From the NCBI GenBank assembly GCA_028826165.1, contig JAPDFW010000033.1, forward strand, positions 372,001 to 436,000: 64,000 nucleotides of DNA. The letters run 5' to 3'. How positions within the stretch are numbered: the first letter of the stretch is position 1; each line of letters starts with the position of its first letter. This document shows positions 13,358 to 25,364 of this stretch, piece after piece. The notes below the pieces were generated by a model that saw only the letters and a list, made by a program, of their open reading frames with translations, was not told where the DNA came from and searched no databases. The DNA comes from Anaeramoeba ignava BMAN. Taxonomy: Eukaryota > Protista > Anaeramoebae. A program made the translations under genes and the position numbers.

Positions 13358-14161
13358 TCAAAGATCCTTATCATCTTTTTTCTCCTTATTAATCGTTGAG
13401 AGTTGGTGAACCAACTCCAAATTTTCACTAGATAAACGGACAATTTGATTTGATAATTCAACTGTATAAGCACGAAGTTTAGAAACTTCATCTTGTAAAC
13501 CTTGGACATATAACTTCTTTTTTTCACGTGATTTCTTAGCATTAATTCTGTTTTTCAATTGTCTTCTTTTCTTTTTTTCTTCATCAGATAAATTAATAAC
13601 CTCTTTTCTTTCCATATCTCTAAGACAATTCATCTCATCAGGAGAAAAATTTACATAAGAATTTTCAGTTGAATCTTTCTGTTCAGTTTCTTCATTAATA
13701 ATTTCGTCTTCCTTTCGTTTTCTTGATGTCTTTTTTCGTTTTTCTTTTCGTTTTTCTTTTCGTTTTTGTTTTCGTTTTTCTTTTTCTTTTCTTTTTTGTT
13801 TCATTTCATGTTTTGGATCATTTTCTTTCATTTCATGTTTTGGATCGTTTTCTTTCATTTCATGTTTTGGATCATTTTCTTTCATTTCATGTTTTGGTTC
13901 TGTTTTTGTGTTTTCAGGTGTTGTTTGGGGTATTTCTGGATTAGATTCTAATTCTGGTTTTGTTTCACTTAAAATTTTCTGTTGTTTTAAATTTTCTTCC
14001 ATTTTTTTGATCATTAATTCTCGTTCATTTAATGTTTGTTCTTGTTCTTGTAATTTGAGTGTTTTTGATTGAAGTTCAGTTAGCTCATCTTCAAATCTTG
14101 GAGGAGGTTGTGAATTTATTGCGTAATGCAAACTTATTTTAGAAAGTTTCATTTTGTTCAT
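13358..14161 (-). CDS. bZIP transcription factor (CREB/ATF-like)
   Basis: Basic region KRRQLKNRINAKKSREKKK followed by leucine heptads; internal KHEMKENDP repeats. Confidence 0.88.
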   Translation of the reverse strand: MNKMKLSKISLHYAINSQPPPRFEDELTELQSKTLKLQEQEQTLNERELMIKKMEENLKQQKILSETKPELESNPEIPQTTPENTKTEPKHEMKENDPKHEMKENDPKHEMKENDPKHEMKQKRKEKEKRKQKRKEKRKEKRKKTSRKRKEDEIINEETEQKDSTENSYVNFSPDEMNCLRDMERKEVINLSDEEKKKRRQLKNRINAKKSREKKKLYVQGLQDEVSKLRAYTVELSNQIVRLSSENLELVHQLSTINKEKKDDKDL

Positions 14162-14343
14162 TTTTGTTGTTGGTTTTAAATAAAAATTTTTGATTGAATT
14201 TGATTAAAAAAAAGTATAAATTTTAAATCAAAATAAAATGTTTTGTGTTTTGTTTTTTGTTTTTTGTTTAAAATTGAAAAAAAGCAATTAGAAAAAATGA
14301 AAAAAATGAAAAATGGAAAATGATAAATAATTTTTTCTTTTTA

Positions 14344-14353
14344 ATGACGTAAT
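14344..14353. promoter_or_regulatory. Candidate CRE/ATF site ATGACGTAAT upstream of the bZIP gene
   Basis: TGACGT core in otherwise almost CpG-free intergenic DNA, ~185 bp upstream of the bZIP ATG. Confidence 0.35.
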
Positions 14354-14393
14354 AACATTTAATTAATTTTTTTTAATTTAATTTTTTTTTTAT

Positions 14394-16578
14394 TTAAAAT
14401 TTTTTTTTCTTTTCAATATAATCAAGTTGTGATCCAAAATTACTCAAAGTATCTAATACAAAATAATCAGGGATATCTTTCATTTCTTCAATAACATGAA
14501 GAGAAATATTTTCTTCAATTTTATCAGTGTAAAGAAACTTAATCAAAGTTTTAATTGCAGTAATTGATTTCCCACTATAATCTGATACTTTATTTGAATT
14601 ATCAACAACACTTAAAAACATTCCTCGATATAAATCGCATCTTGCAGCCAAAATTATCTTATGAACATGAATCATTTCTTGATCCACTATAATCACAAAG
14701 TCTTTTGATTCTTCTTGTTCATAAAGTTTTGAAAATGATTCAACTATTCCTGGTTTTCCACTCAATTCAAAGAAAGAATATTCTGATATTTCTTTGAATA
14801 TTTCAAAAGCTTCTTCTTTTTGATTTGTGAATCCTGTGTAAATCCATTCTAAAAATGATCGCATTTGGGCTTTTGTTTTGTCGAGAAAGTTGTTTTTGAT
14901 TTCTTCCATTTTTTTTCCTAATCGAGTTTCGATTATTATTGAATGAACCTTGAATTCTCCATCTAAACAAATGATTTTGCTATCACAAAATTCCTCTCTT
15001 TCAAATAATTTTTGGAAATCATTAACAAAAGATAATTTGTTAGCAAAATCCTTATTTGATTAAATATATGAATTTTAAATTGATTAATTGATTAATTTTT
15101 TTTTGGAAAACATTTTTTTTCCATTTACATGAATGCTTTTGTATAATATTTTTTTTTCTGGTCCACCAAAATAAATTTCTAATCCATCAGAACAAAAAAA
15201 CCAAACTTGAAAATCTATTTGAAAAGATTCTAAGCATTCATTACTCTTTTTGGAAAAAAAAATTATGTAAATGATAGAAAATAAATTTTTGATATTAAAT
15301 AAAGAAAATTCTTTTTGTTTTTTTTACATAAAGATCAAACACTATTATATTTCCTTTATCATCACATATAATTCCTATTCCACTTTCTTCTAAAATTAGA
15401 ACATTTGTAACTTCTTTATTAAATTTATGGATTGTTTCTACAAATTTTTGATCCTATTTTAAATGAAAATTAAAATTTATTTATAAAATTAAAATTAAAA
15501 ATTAAAAATTAAAATTTAAATTAAAATTTAAAAATTAAAATTTAAATATAAAAATTTACTTTAAAACTATGTTTTTTCACAAAACCATCATTTGAACCTG
15601 AATAAAAAAAGTCTTTCCAAATTGCAACAGTCCAAACTCCAAAAAGATGAGGATTAATTGTATTAATTAATTTTAGGTTCTGAAATTTTTAATTTTGATT
15701 TTATAAATGAATTTCGATTTTAATTTTGATTTTAATTTTAAATTAATTTTAATTTTAATTTTAATTTTAATTTTGATTTTAATTATAATTTTAATTTTAT
15801 TTTATAAATGAATTTTAATTTTAATTTTAATTTTGATTTTAATTTTAATTTTAATTTTAATTTTAATTTTAATTTTAATTTTATAAATGAATTTTAATTT
15901 TAATTTTAATTATAAATGAATTTTAATTTTAATTTTATTTTATAAATAAATTTTGAATTTTGAATTCAACTTTTCTATCAAGAATAGCTATGGATCCTGA
16001 AGAAGTACCACAAACAATATAATTTTCTGATACATCCAAACTCCAACATTTTATTTCAATTTTTAAAAATTTGTTTTTTCTAATTTTATCATTTTGAATA
16101 GAATAATTAATAATTTGATTTTCAAGTCCAGCATAAAGATTATCTTCATAAATAGCAATAGAATAAATTGTATTTTCTTCAAATTTTGATTTTGAAATTA
16201 AATTTCCAGTCTAAAAAAAATTTTTGAATTGAAAATTATTAAGAATAAAAAAAAGGAAAATAATTAAGAACAAAAAACCTTAAAATCCCATCCAATAATT
16301 TTATGATCACAAGAATAAATTATATTTTTATGAGCAGTTAAAGAAAAAACTAAACCATCTGCTTTAGATTCCCATATCTTTTTTTTAGTCTATTCATAAA
16401 AAAAATTTTTGTTATTCTTTTTTAATTTCAAAAAAAAATATTTCTCTAATAAATTTATTACTAAAATATCCCATTTTCTAACTTTAGCATCAAATGAACC
16501 TGTAAAAAGTGAACCTCTATAAACTAATAAAACTCGAATTTCTTGTGTATGATCTTCTTTTTGTTCAGTAAATTGCAT
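14394..16578 (-). CDS. WD40-repeat + tandem BTB domain protein; ~7 exons
   Basis: WD motifs (LFTGSFDAKVRKWD, FYSGSNDGFVKK) then EEFCD..FKVHS and KDFVII..HVHKIILAARCDLYRGMF..KFLYTD BTB motifs. Confidence 0.85.
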
Positions 16579-16669
16579 TTAAAATTAAAATTAAAAAAAA
16601 AATGAAAAAAATTTTTCAAAAATTAATTTTTTCATTTTTTTTTTCTCATTTTCTTCCATTTTTTGTTAA

Positions 16670-18792
16670 ATGAATGAAGATATAATTAAAAGTGATTTTG
16701 AAAGTGAACAAGAAGATCCAAATGATTTCGATTTTTCTCTTACTTTTCAACAAGATGGACAAAGATCTTTACTTCTTGGTTTGGAAAAAAAAAAAAACAA
16801 AAACATTTTCCCAAATTTAAAAAAAATTTTCTTATTGAAAAAATTAATTTCGAAATTAAATTTTAAATTATTTTAGGTCAAAATATAAATCCAGAAGATC
16901 AACCTTATTTATTTTTAGGTGGAAATGAAAGAACAAAATCGGAAAAAAATGCAAAAGTAATTTATAATTTAAAATTTAAAATTTAAAATTTAATTTAATT
17001 TAAAATTTTATTTAATTTTTCTTTAAGGAATTTCTTCATCAAATTATAGAAAGAATTTCAAATAATTTTAATTTAGATGATATTGACCAAGCTTCAATTA
17101 AATCTTTGCTTGATGAAGTTATTATTGCTAAGGAAATGAAGTAAATAATTTGAAAAATTTTTATTTTTATAAATAAATTTATTTTAAAATCAATACGTAA
17201 ATTTATAAATAAATTTATTTTAAAATCAATACGTAAATTTATAAATAATTTTATTTTAAAATCAATATGTAAATTTATAAATAATTTTATTTTAAAATCA
17301 ATACGTAAATTTATAAATAATTAAAGGATTACAGTACGTTTAGAAGTTTTAGCTGGAAGTTGTGTTCTTTTTTATTCAAGAATTTATCATAGACCAATAA
17401 GTATTTATGATATTTCAGTAAATTAAAATTCATTTATAAAATTAAAATCAAAATTAAAATTAATATTAAAATCAAAATTAAAATTAAAATTCATTTATAA
17501 AATTAAAATTAAAATCAAAATCAAAATCAAAATCAAAATCAAAATTAAAATTAAAATTAAAATCAAAACCAAAATCAAAATTAAAATTAAAATTAAAATC
17601 AAAATCAAAATCAAAATTAAAATTTAAAATTAAAATTAAAATTAAAATTAAAATTAAAATTAAAATTAAAATTAAAATTAATATTAAAATCAAAATCAAA
17701 ATTCATTTATAAAATTAAAATTAAAATTAAAATCAAAATTAAAATCATAATTAAAATCAAAATTCATTTACAAAATTAAAATTCAAATCAAAATTAAAAT
17801 TAAAATTAAAATTAAAATCAAAATAAAAATTAAAATTAAAATTCATTTATAAAATTAAAATCAAAATCAAAATCAAAATTAAAATCAAAATCAAAATTAA
17901 AATTAAAATTAAAATTAAAATTTATTTATAAAATTAAAATTTAAAATTTAAGTCTGAAATTGGTTGTCAACCTTCAAAACTTACTTCAATATGTCAAGAG
18001 ATAGGTCAAGTTCTTGAAAGAGATTTTCCAAAAATAGACGAAACAAACTTTATAGAAAGATATTGCAATCAAATACCAATTCTTTCACTTTCCCCAAATA
18101 TTTCAGATAACGATAATTTAAAAGAAAAAATTGATCCAAATGTTCGTAATCAAATTATTCAAGAAACAAAACAACTTGTTTCATATTTATCAAAATCAAC
18201 AACATTCTCTGGAAAAAATCCACTTGTGACAGTTATTGGAGCAATTTATTGGGTTAGTCAAATTCATGAAGTTAAAATACTAATAGATGATTTAGAAAAA
18301 ATTACAGGATTTTCGAAAATGGGAATTCGAAAAAGATACAAAGAAATATCCTTTTTTGTTCTTGAATTTTGTAAATTACTTCCTTGGTTCAATAAAGATA
18401 TCAAAATGATTTCAAATCAAAATTTCAAGTTTATTGTAAATCATTTGGCATTTTTGGATTGGCATAAAAATAGAGTTGATTTGAGGAAAAAATCTTCTCA
18501 AAACAAAAAAAAACGGAAGCAAAATAATATCGATTCATTTAAAGAAAAAAACGAGGTCCGAATTCCAAAAATTTCCCAAATGCCGTTAATTGATCAAAAT
18601 TCTCCTTTTGGTTTTCTTGAACCATTTTTTGATAATTTGATTCAAGAAAACCATGAAAAAGTTAATGATTCTGTAATTATTGGAAGTGATGATGATGATC
18701 ATGAAACTGGATGTTATATTCTTTCTCGTGAAAATGGAAAAAATTTTAAAAAAACAATTGTTGAAAAATTACAAAAGAAAGGAGAAAAATAA
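16670..18792 (+). CDS. TFIIB-related factor, BRF2-like; exons 16670-16778, 16877-16956, 17028-17140, 17327-17417, 17953-18792
   Basis: Two cyclin-fold repeats (LAGSCVLFYSR..RPISIYDIS; SGKNPLVTVIGAIYWV...IRKRYKEI), KLLPW motif and acidic C-terminal DDDHETGCYILS resembling the Brf TBP-anchor. Confidence 0.7.
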
Positions 18793-18937
18793 ATTTTTTT
18801 TTCTCTTTTTTTTTTCTTTTTTAAATAAAAATAAAAATAAAAAAATAAAAATCATTTTTTTTTCTTCAAATCAAATAAATTAGTTTTCTGAATTTTATTT
18901 TATTTTGAATTTTATTTTTGTTTTTGTTTTTGTTTAA

Positions 18938-21170
18938 ATGAAAACCGTTCATAAAGATGTTCCTTTAACTTCTTTGTTCAATTACACTCGAATTATTCGT
19001 CCTTACACTTGGAATCATCTTGCTTTTGCTCTTTGGTTTTTTACAATTGGTATTCCTTTAGCTGTTTTGCGTTATTTTTTGTTTATTATTGCTCTCATTA
19101 ATCTTGGTTTGTCTAATATCTTTCCTTCTATGAAAAAGCTTGTTGGTTTTTTTAATTATCTTCTTGGCTTTCGAGTTCAGAAAATTAATTTGTAAACTTT
19201 ATATTTATAATTATTTAAATATTTATATTTATATTTATATTTATATTTATATTTATATTTATATTTATATTTATATTTATATTTATATTTATATTTATAT
19301 TTATATTTATATTTATATTTATATTTATATTTATATTTATATTTATATTTATATTTATATTTATATTTATATTTATATTTTATATTTATATTTATTTATA
19401 TTTATAATTTATATTTATATTTATATTTATTTTATATTTATATTTATAATTATATTTATATTTATATTTATATTTATATTTATATTTTATATTTATATTT
19501 ATATTTATATTTATAATTGTATTTATGTTTATATTTATATTTATATTTATATTTATATTTATATTTATATTTATATTTATATTTATATTATAATTATAAT
19601 TATATTTATATTTATATTTATATTTTTAAATATTTATATTTATATTTATATTTTAAATATTTATATTTTATATTTATATTTTAAATATTTATATTTATAT
19701 TTATATTTTAAATATTTATATTTATATTTATATTTTAAAATATTTTATATTTATATTTATATTTTATATTTATATTTTAAATATTTTTGATTTATATTTA
19801 TATTTTGATTTATATTTATATTTATATTTATATTTATATTTATATTTATATTTTGATTTATATTTATATTAATATTTATATTTATATTTTAAATATTTAT
19901 ATTTATATTTATATTTATATTTATATTTATATTTATTAGAGATTTGTTAAAGAAATCAAAATCGAAAATTCTGGTTATGAACCATATGACAGATTTTGAT
20001 GGTATTCCTTGGGTAGATTTAAAAGGAAAATTTTTGGTTGCACCTTATTTTAAACTATTAAATAAGCTTACTTTATCAAGAACAATACCTTTTTTATTTG
20101 TTAATGATCCTGATATTAAAGAGAAAATTAAAAAATCAATTAAAGATGGAAATTATTTTGTTATGTGTCCCGAAGGAAGTACAACAAATGGAAAAGTAGC
20201 TTTAATGAGATTTGCTCGTTTTGTTTTCAGTCTTAATGAACCAATAATTCCTGTGTAAATAATTTTAATTTTATAAATGAATTTTAATTTTAATTTTAAT
20301 TTTATAAATGAATTTTAATTTTAATTTTATAAATGAATTTTAATTTGAATTTTAATAATAATTATATAAATTAATTTTAATTTTATAAATGAATTTTAAT
20401 TTGAATTTTAATAATAATTATATAAATTAATTTTAATTTTATAAATGAATTTTAATTTTAATTTTAATTTATAAATGAATTTTAATTATAATTTTATAAA
20501 TGAATTTTAATTATAATTTTTAATAATAATTTTAATTTTAATTTTAATTTTATAAATGAATTTTAATATTAATTTTAATTTTATAAATGAATTTTAATTT
20601 TAATTTTAATTTTATAAATGAATTTTAATTTTAATATTAATTATAATTTTAATTTTAATTTTAATTATAATTTTAATTTTATAAATTAATTTTAATTTTA
20701 TAAATGAATTTTAATTTTAATTTTATAAATGAATTTTAATTATAATTTTAATTTTAATAATAATTTTAATTTTATAAATGAATTTTAATTTTATAAATGA
20801 ATTTTAATTTTATAAATGAATTTTAATTTTATAAATGAATTTTAATTTTAATAATAATTTTGATTTTAATTTTTTTAGTACATTAAAAGTTGAAACAAAA
20901 TGGTTCCATGCTATCAATTTGGATAAGATTAATGATAACTTTTTCATCAATCTTTTCTTTTTCTTTGCACATCCTTGCATTTCTTACAAATATACAATTT
21001 ATCCTGAAATGATGATTAAAGAAGAAGAAACAGATATTGAATTTGCATCACGAGTTCAAGAATTCTTTGCTCAAAAATTAAATTTGATTGCTTCTCCATA
21101 CACAAAACTTCAAAAACATCAATTATTCAGAGAAATTATTTCTGGAACAACAAAATTAAAATCAAATTGA
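18938..21170 (+). CDS. Lysophospholipid acyltransferase (LPLAT; AUP1/LPCAT-like); exons 18938-19191, 19940-20254, 20879-21170
   Basis: N-terminal membrane segment, NHMTDFD (HxxxxD) and CPEGSTTNG motifs, FASRVQ near C-terminus. Confidence 0.85.
19200..19935. repeat. Intronic (TATATT)n microsatellite (same motif at ~28740-29040 and ~45295-45850)
   Basis: Visible hexamer repeat; source of spurious IYIY ORFs. Confidence 0.95.
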
Positions 21171-21527
21171 CAACCAATTGATTAATTAATTAATTCATTC
21201 TTTAATTCATTCTTTAATTCAAAAAAAAAATTTAGTTGAAGAGTTAATTGGAAAAAAATTAAGTTGTTTTATTTTATGATTTGTGAGTTTTTTGTTATTT
21301 CTTCCTTTTATTACTTCCATTCAAAATGATTTTTGGTTGTTATTTGGTTTTAATTAAAATTTTTTTCTTTTTTTTTTTGGGATTTTATTAAATCAAAATG
21401 AATTAATATTATCATTTCCTTATTAAAAAACAAACCCAAAAAAAAAAACCAATTTATTTTGAATTTATTTTGAATTTATTTTTTTCATTTTTTTCTTTTT
21501 TTTTTCATTTTTAAAAATAATAAAAAA

Positions 21528-22646
21528 ATGTATAATCCAAATCAATTTCCAAATCAATTTCCAAATCAATTTCCAAATCAATTCCAAAATCAATATCCAA
21601 ATCAATTCCAAAATCAATTCCAAAATCAATTCCAAAATCAATTTTACAATCAATTTTACAATCAATTTTACAATCCATTTTACAATCCATTCCAATTTCA
21701 ATATCCAATTCAAAATTCAAATCAAAATCAATTTCAATATCCAATTCAAAATTCAAATCAAAATCAATTTCCAATTCAAAATTCAAATCAAAATCAATTT
21801 CCAATTCAAAATTCAAATCAAAATCAATTTCCAATTCAAAATTCAAATCAAAATCAAAATCAAAATTCAAATCAAAATCAATTTCAATTTCCAAATCAAT
21901 TTCCAATTCAATTTCCAATTCAAAATTCAAATCAAAATCAATTTAAAAATAAGAAAAATAAAAAAAAAAATAAAAAGCATTTTAGAAAACATTATAAACA
22001 CAAATACCAAAAAAAGAAAAAACACGAAATCAAAAAATATGAAAAGAAACAACCAAATAAAAAGAATACACAAATACCAAAATCATGGAGATTTTGTCCC
22101 AAAATTGGAACAATTATTCCAGAAACAAATTTGATTGCATTTAAAACACCATTAAAAAAAGAATTCAACACAAGATTAAACGAAAATGAAAGATTTACAC
22201 CAGAAGAACTAATAAAAACACTTAAATCAATGAATATCGAAGTTGGATTAGTGATTGATTTAACAAACACAACAAGATATTATGATCATGAAGTTTTCAA
22301 TGAATACAATATTGAGTACATGAAGATATTTTGTAAAGGACATGATCATCCACCTCATAAAGAGTTCCCTCTTTTTGAGAAAACGGTGAATAATTTCCTT
22401 AAATCAAATCCAAATAAAATTGTTGGTGTTCATTGTACTCATGGTTTTAATAGAACTGGGTTTTTGATTTGCAAATATTTAATTGAAGATTGTAATAAAT
22501 CTCCTTATGATGCTGTTATTTCTTTTAAAAATGCAAGATCTCCTGGAATTTATCGTGAAAATTATGTCCAAGAACTTTTTCACGCTTATAATCAAACTGC
22601 ACCTCCAATTTCTATTCCAGAACAACCAATTTGGGTTGAAGATTAA
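21528..22646 (+). CDS. Cysteine-phosphatase-type RNA 5'-triphosphatase (DUSP11/PIR1-like) with Q/N/F-rich N-terminus
   Basis: IAFKTPL, GLVIDLTNTTRYY, active-site GVHCTHGFNRTGFLIC, ARSPGIYRENYV. Confidence 0.88.
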   Translation: MYNPNQFPNQFPNQFPNQFQNQYPNQFQNQFQNQFQNQFYNQFYNQFYNPFYNPFQFQYPIQNSNQNQFQYPIQNSNQNQFPIQNSNQNQFPIQNSNQNQFPIQNSNQNQNQNSNQNQFQFPNQFPIQFPIQNSNQNQFKNKKNKKKNKKHFRKHYKHKYQKKKKHEIKKYEKKQPNKKNTQIPKSWRFCPKIGTIIPETNLIAFKTPLKKEFNTRLNENERFTPEELIKTLKSMNIEVGLVIDLTNTTRYYDHEVFNEYNIEYMKIFCKGHDHPPHKEFPLFEKTVNNFLKSNPNKIVGVHCTHGFNRTGFLICKYLIEDCNKSPYDAVISFKNARSPGIYRENYVQELFHAYNQTAPPISIPEQPIWVED

Positions 22647-22716
22647 GATTAAAATAAATATTCAAATCATTTTTTTCATTTTTTCATTTTTTCATTTTTT
22701 CATTTTTTCATTTTAA

Positions 22717-25227
22717 ATGAATCAAATTTATTCAAAAAGTGCGTTTGTTTTATCCCAAGTTTTCGCTAAAAAAGGTACAGTTAAAGGTTTATCTTTAAAT
22801 CTTCCAAATGTTCCTTCTGATCGAAAAAAACAAATTTTCGCTATTGTCACTGAAACTTTAAAGAATAAAACAATAATTGATGAAATCATAAATTCAGTTG
22901 GAATATTCAAATCAAAAGGAAAACAATTTCGCAAAAAATATCCAATGATTTTAATTTTGATTTATGAATTTTTAATTGGAAATGAAAAATCAAAAAACAA
23001 TCAAAAAAATAATTCCAAAAAAAGAAGAATAAGGAAATTTAAATTTAGCGAAAAAGATCCACTTCATAAACATCTTTTCTCTTTTCGAACGCAAATTGTT
23101 TCACAGTTTGCAAGGTTAAAAATTAAAGAAAATTCAAAATCAAGTGGAGAAACAAAATCAAATCAAGAATTGGAATCAATATTTAGATATGCAAGAATAA
23201 ATATTTTAAAATGCAATAAAGAAGATGCGATTCAACACTTTATTTCTGAGAATTTCCATTTTATCGAGAATATAGAGAAGGAAAAACCTTTTGGAGATGA
23301 TAATAAAGGATTTTATTTGGATTTTGATGTTCCTAATCTTTTTGTTTTTGCTTCTGGAACAGATCTACATCAAGACACATTTGTTATTAATGGATCAATT
23401 ATACTTCAAGATAAAGCGAGTTGTTTTCCTGCTCTTGCTTTGAATCCTTCTGTTTCTGATGATGTTATTGATGCTTGTGCTGCTCCAGGAAATAAAACTT
23501 TCCAAATTTATGAATTGATGAAACAATTTCCAAATAATTCAGGAAAATTATTTGCGTTTGATCTTGATTTTCAAAGAACTGAGTTACTTCGGAAAAGGTT
23601 AAATGTTTTTGGAGCTAAAAGTTTGTATTTTTCGTTTAAAATTTAGAATTTGATTTAATTTAATTTTTGATTTGATTTAATTTGATTTAATTTAATTTAA
23701 TTTGATTTAATTTAAAATTGGATTTGATTTGATTTAATTTGATTTAATTTAATTTAATTTGATTTAATTTAAAATTTGATTTAATTTAATTTAAAATTTA
23801 ATTTAATTTAATTTAATTTAATTTAATTTAATTTAATTTAATTTAAATTTAATTTAATTTGATTTAAAATTTGATTTAATTTAATTTGATTTAATTTGAT
23901 TTAATTTAATTTAATTTAATTTAATTTAATTTAATTTTAATTTAATTTAATTTAATTTGATTTAATTTAATTTGATTTAATTTGATTTAATTTAATTTAA
24001 AATTTGATTTAAAATTTGATTTAAAATTGGATTTGATTTGATTTAATTTAATTTTGATTTGATTTAAAATTTGATTTGATTTGATTTAATTTAATTTAAT
24101 TTGATTTAATTTAATTTAATTTAATTTGATTTAATTTAAAATTGGATTTAATTTGATTTAATTTAAAATTTAATTTGATTTGATTTAATTTAATTTAATT
24201 TAATTTAATTTAATTTAAAATTTAATTTAATTTAAAATTTAATTTAATTTAATTTGATTTAATTTGATTTGATTTAAAATTTGATTTGATTTAATTTAAA
24301 ATTTGATTTAATTTGATTTAATTTGATTTAATTTAATTTAATTTGATTTGATTTGATTTAATTTAATTTAATTTAAAATTTAATTTAATTTGATTTAATT
24401 TAATTTAATTTTGATTTGATTTAATTTAAAATTGGATTTGATTTAATTTAATTTGATTTGATTTAATTTGATTTAATTTGATTTAAAATTTGATTTAAAA
24501 TTTGATTTAAAATTTGATTTGATTTGATTTAAAATTTGATTTAATTTAATTTAATTTAATTTGATTTAATTTGATTTGATTTGATTTAATTTAATTTAAT
24601 TTGATTTGATTTAATTTAATTTAATTTAATTTAAAATTTGATTTAATTTTTAGATGTAATTGCCCAAAATGAAGACTTTTTAAAAGTAAATCCAAATGAT
24701 CCACTTTTTTCTTCTGTAAAGAAAATTCTTGTTGATCCTTCTTGTTCAGGAACAGGAATTATTGCAAATCAAAATATTTTTGAATCTGCTAATGAAGAAA
24801 GAATTAAATCATTAGCTTCTTTTCAAAAAAAAATACTTCTTCATGCATTATCTTGTAAGGAAACTAAGAAAAAAAAAACAATAATTTTAAATTTAAAAAT
24901 TTAAAAATTTAAAAATTTAAAAAAAATAATCAAGTTAAAAATGTGGAACGTGTTGTTTATTCAACTTGTAGTATAACAATTGAAGAAAATGAAGGTGTTG
25001 TTGATTCTGTTTTAAAAGAAGATTTTGTTCAAAATTCTTTTCATCTTGAAAATATTTTTCCAAAATGGAAAAGAAGAGGATTAAATGGATTTGTTTCTTG
25101 TATTCGTTGTTCATTTGAAGATAAAACAAATGGATTCTTTGTTGCATCTTTTGTTAGAAATTTATCTCAAAAAAAATCAAATAAGAAAAGGAAAAAAAAA
25201 ATTCAATCAAATGAAAATTTAGATTAA
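22717..25227 (+). CDS. NSUN5: rRNA m5C methyltransferase NSUN5/Rcm1; exons 22717-23620, 24654-24854, 24935-25227
   Basis: RYARINILK, ILQDKASCFPA, IDACAAPGNKT, ILVDPSCSGTG, VVYSTCSITIEENEGVV, TNGFFVASF. Confidence 0.92.
23645..24650. repeat. Intronic ATTTA/ATTTG pentamer array
   Basis: Visible tandem pentamers in NSUN5 intron 1. Confidence 0.95.
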
Positions 25228-25364
25228 AAAAATTTTAGATTAAAATTTGTTTTATTGTTCTTTTAATGAATTTAAGAAATGTTGAAAAACCAAAAGAAAA
25301 AAAAAAGTTGAATTGAAATTTGAATTTGAGTTCTAAAAGTAAAAAAAAAAGAGGATTATTTGAT

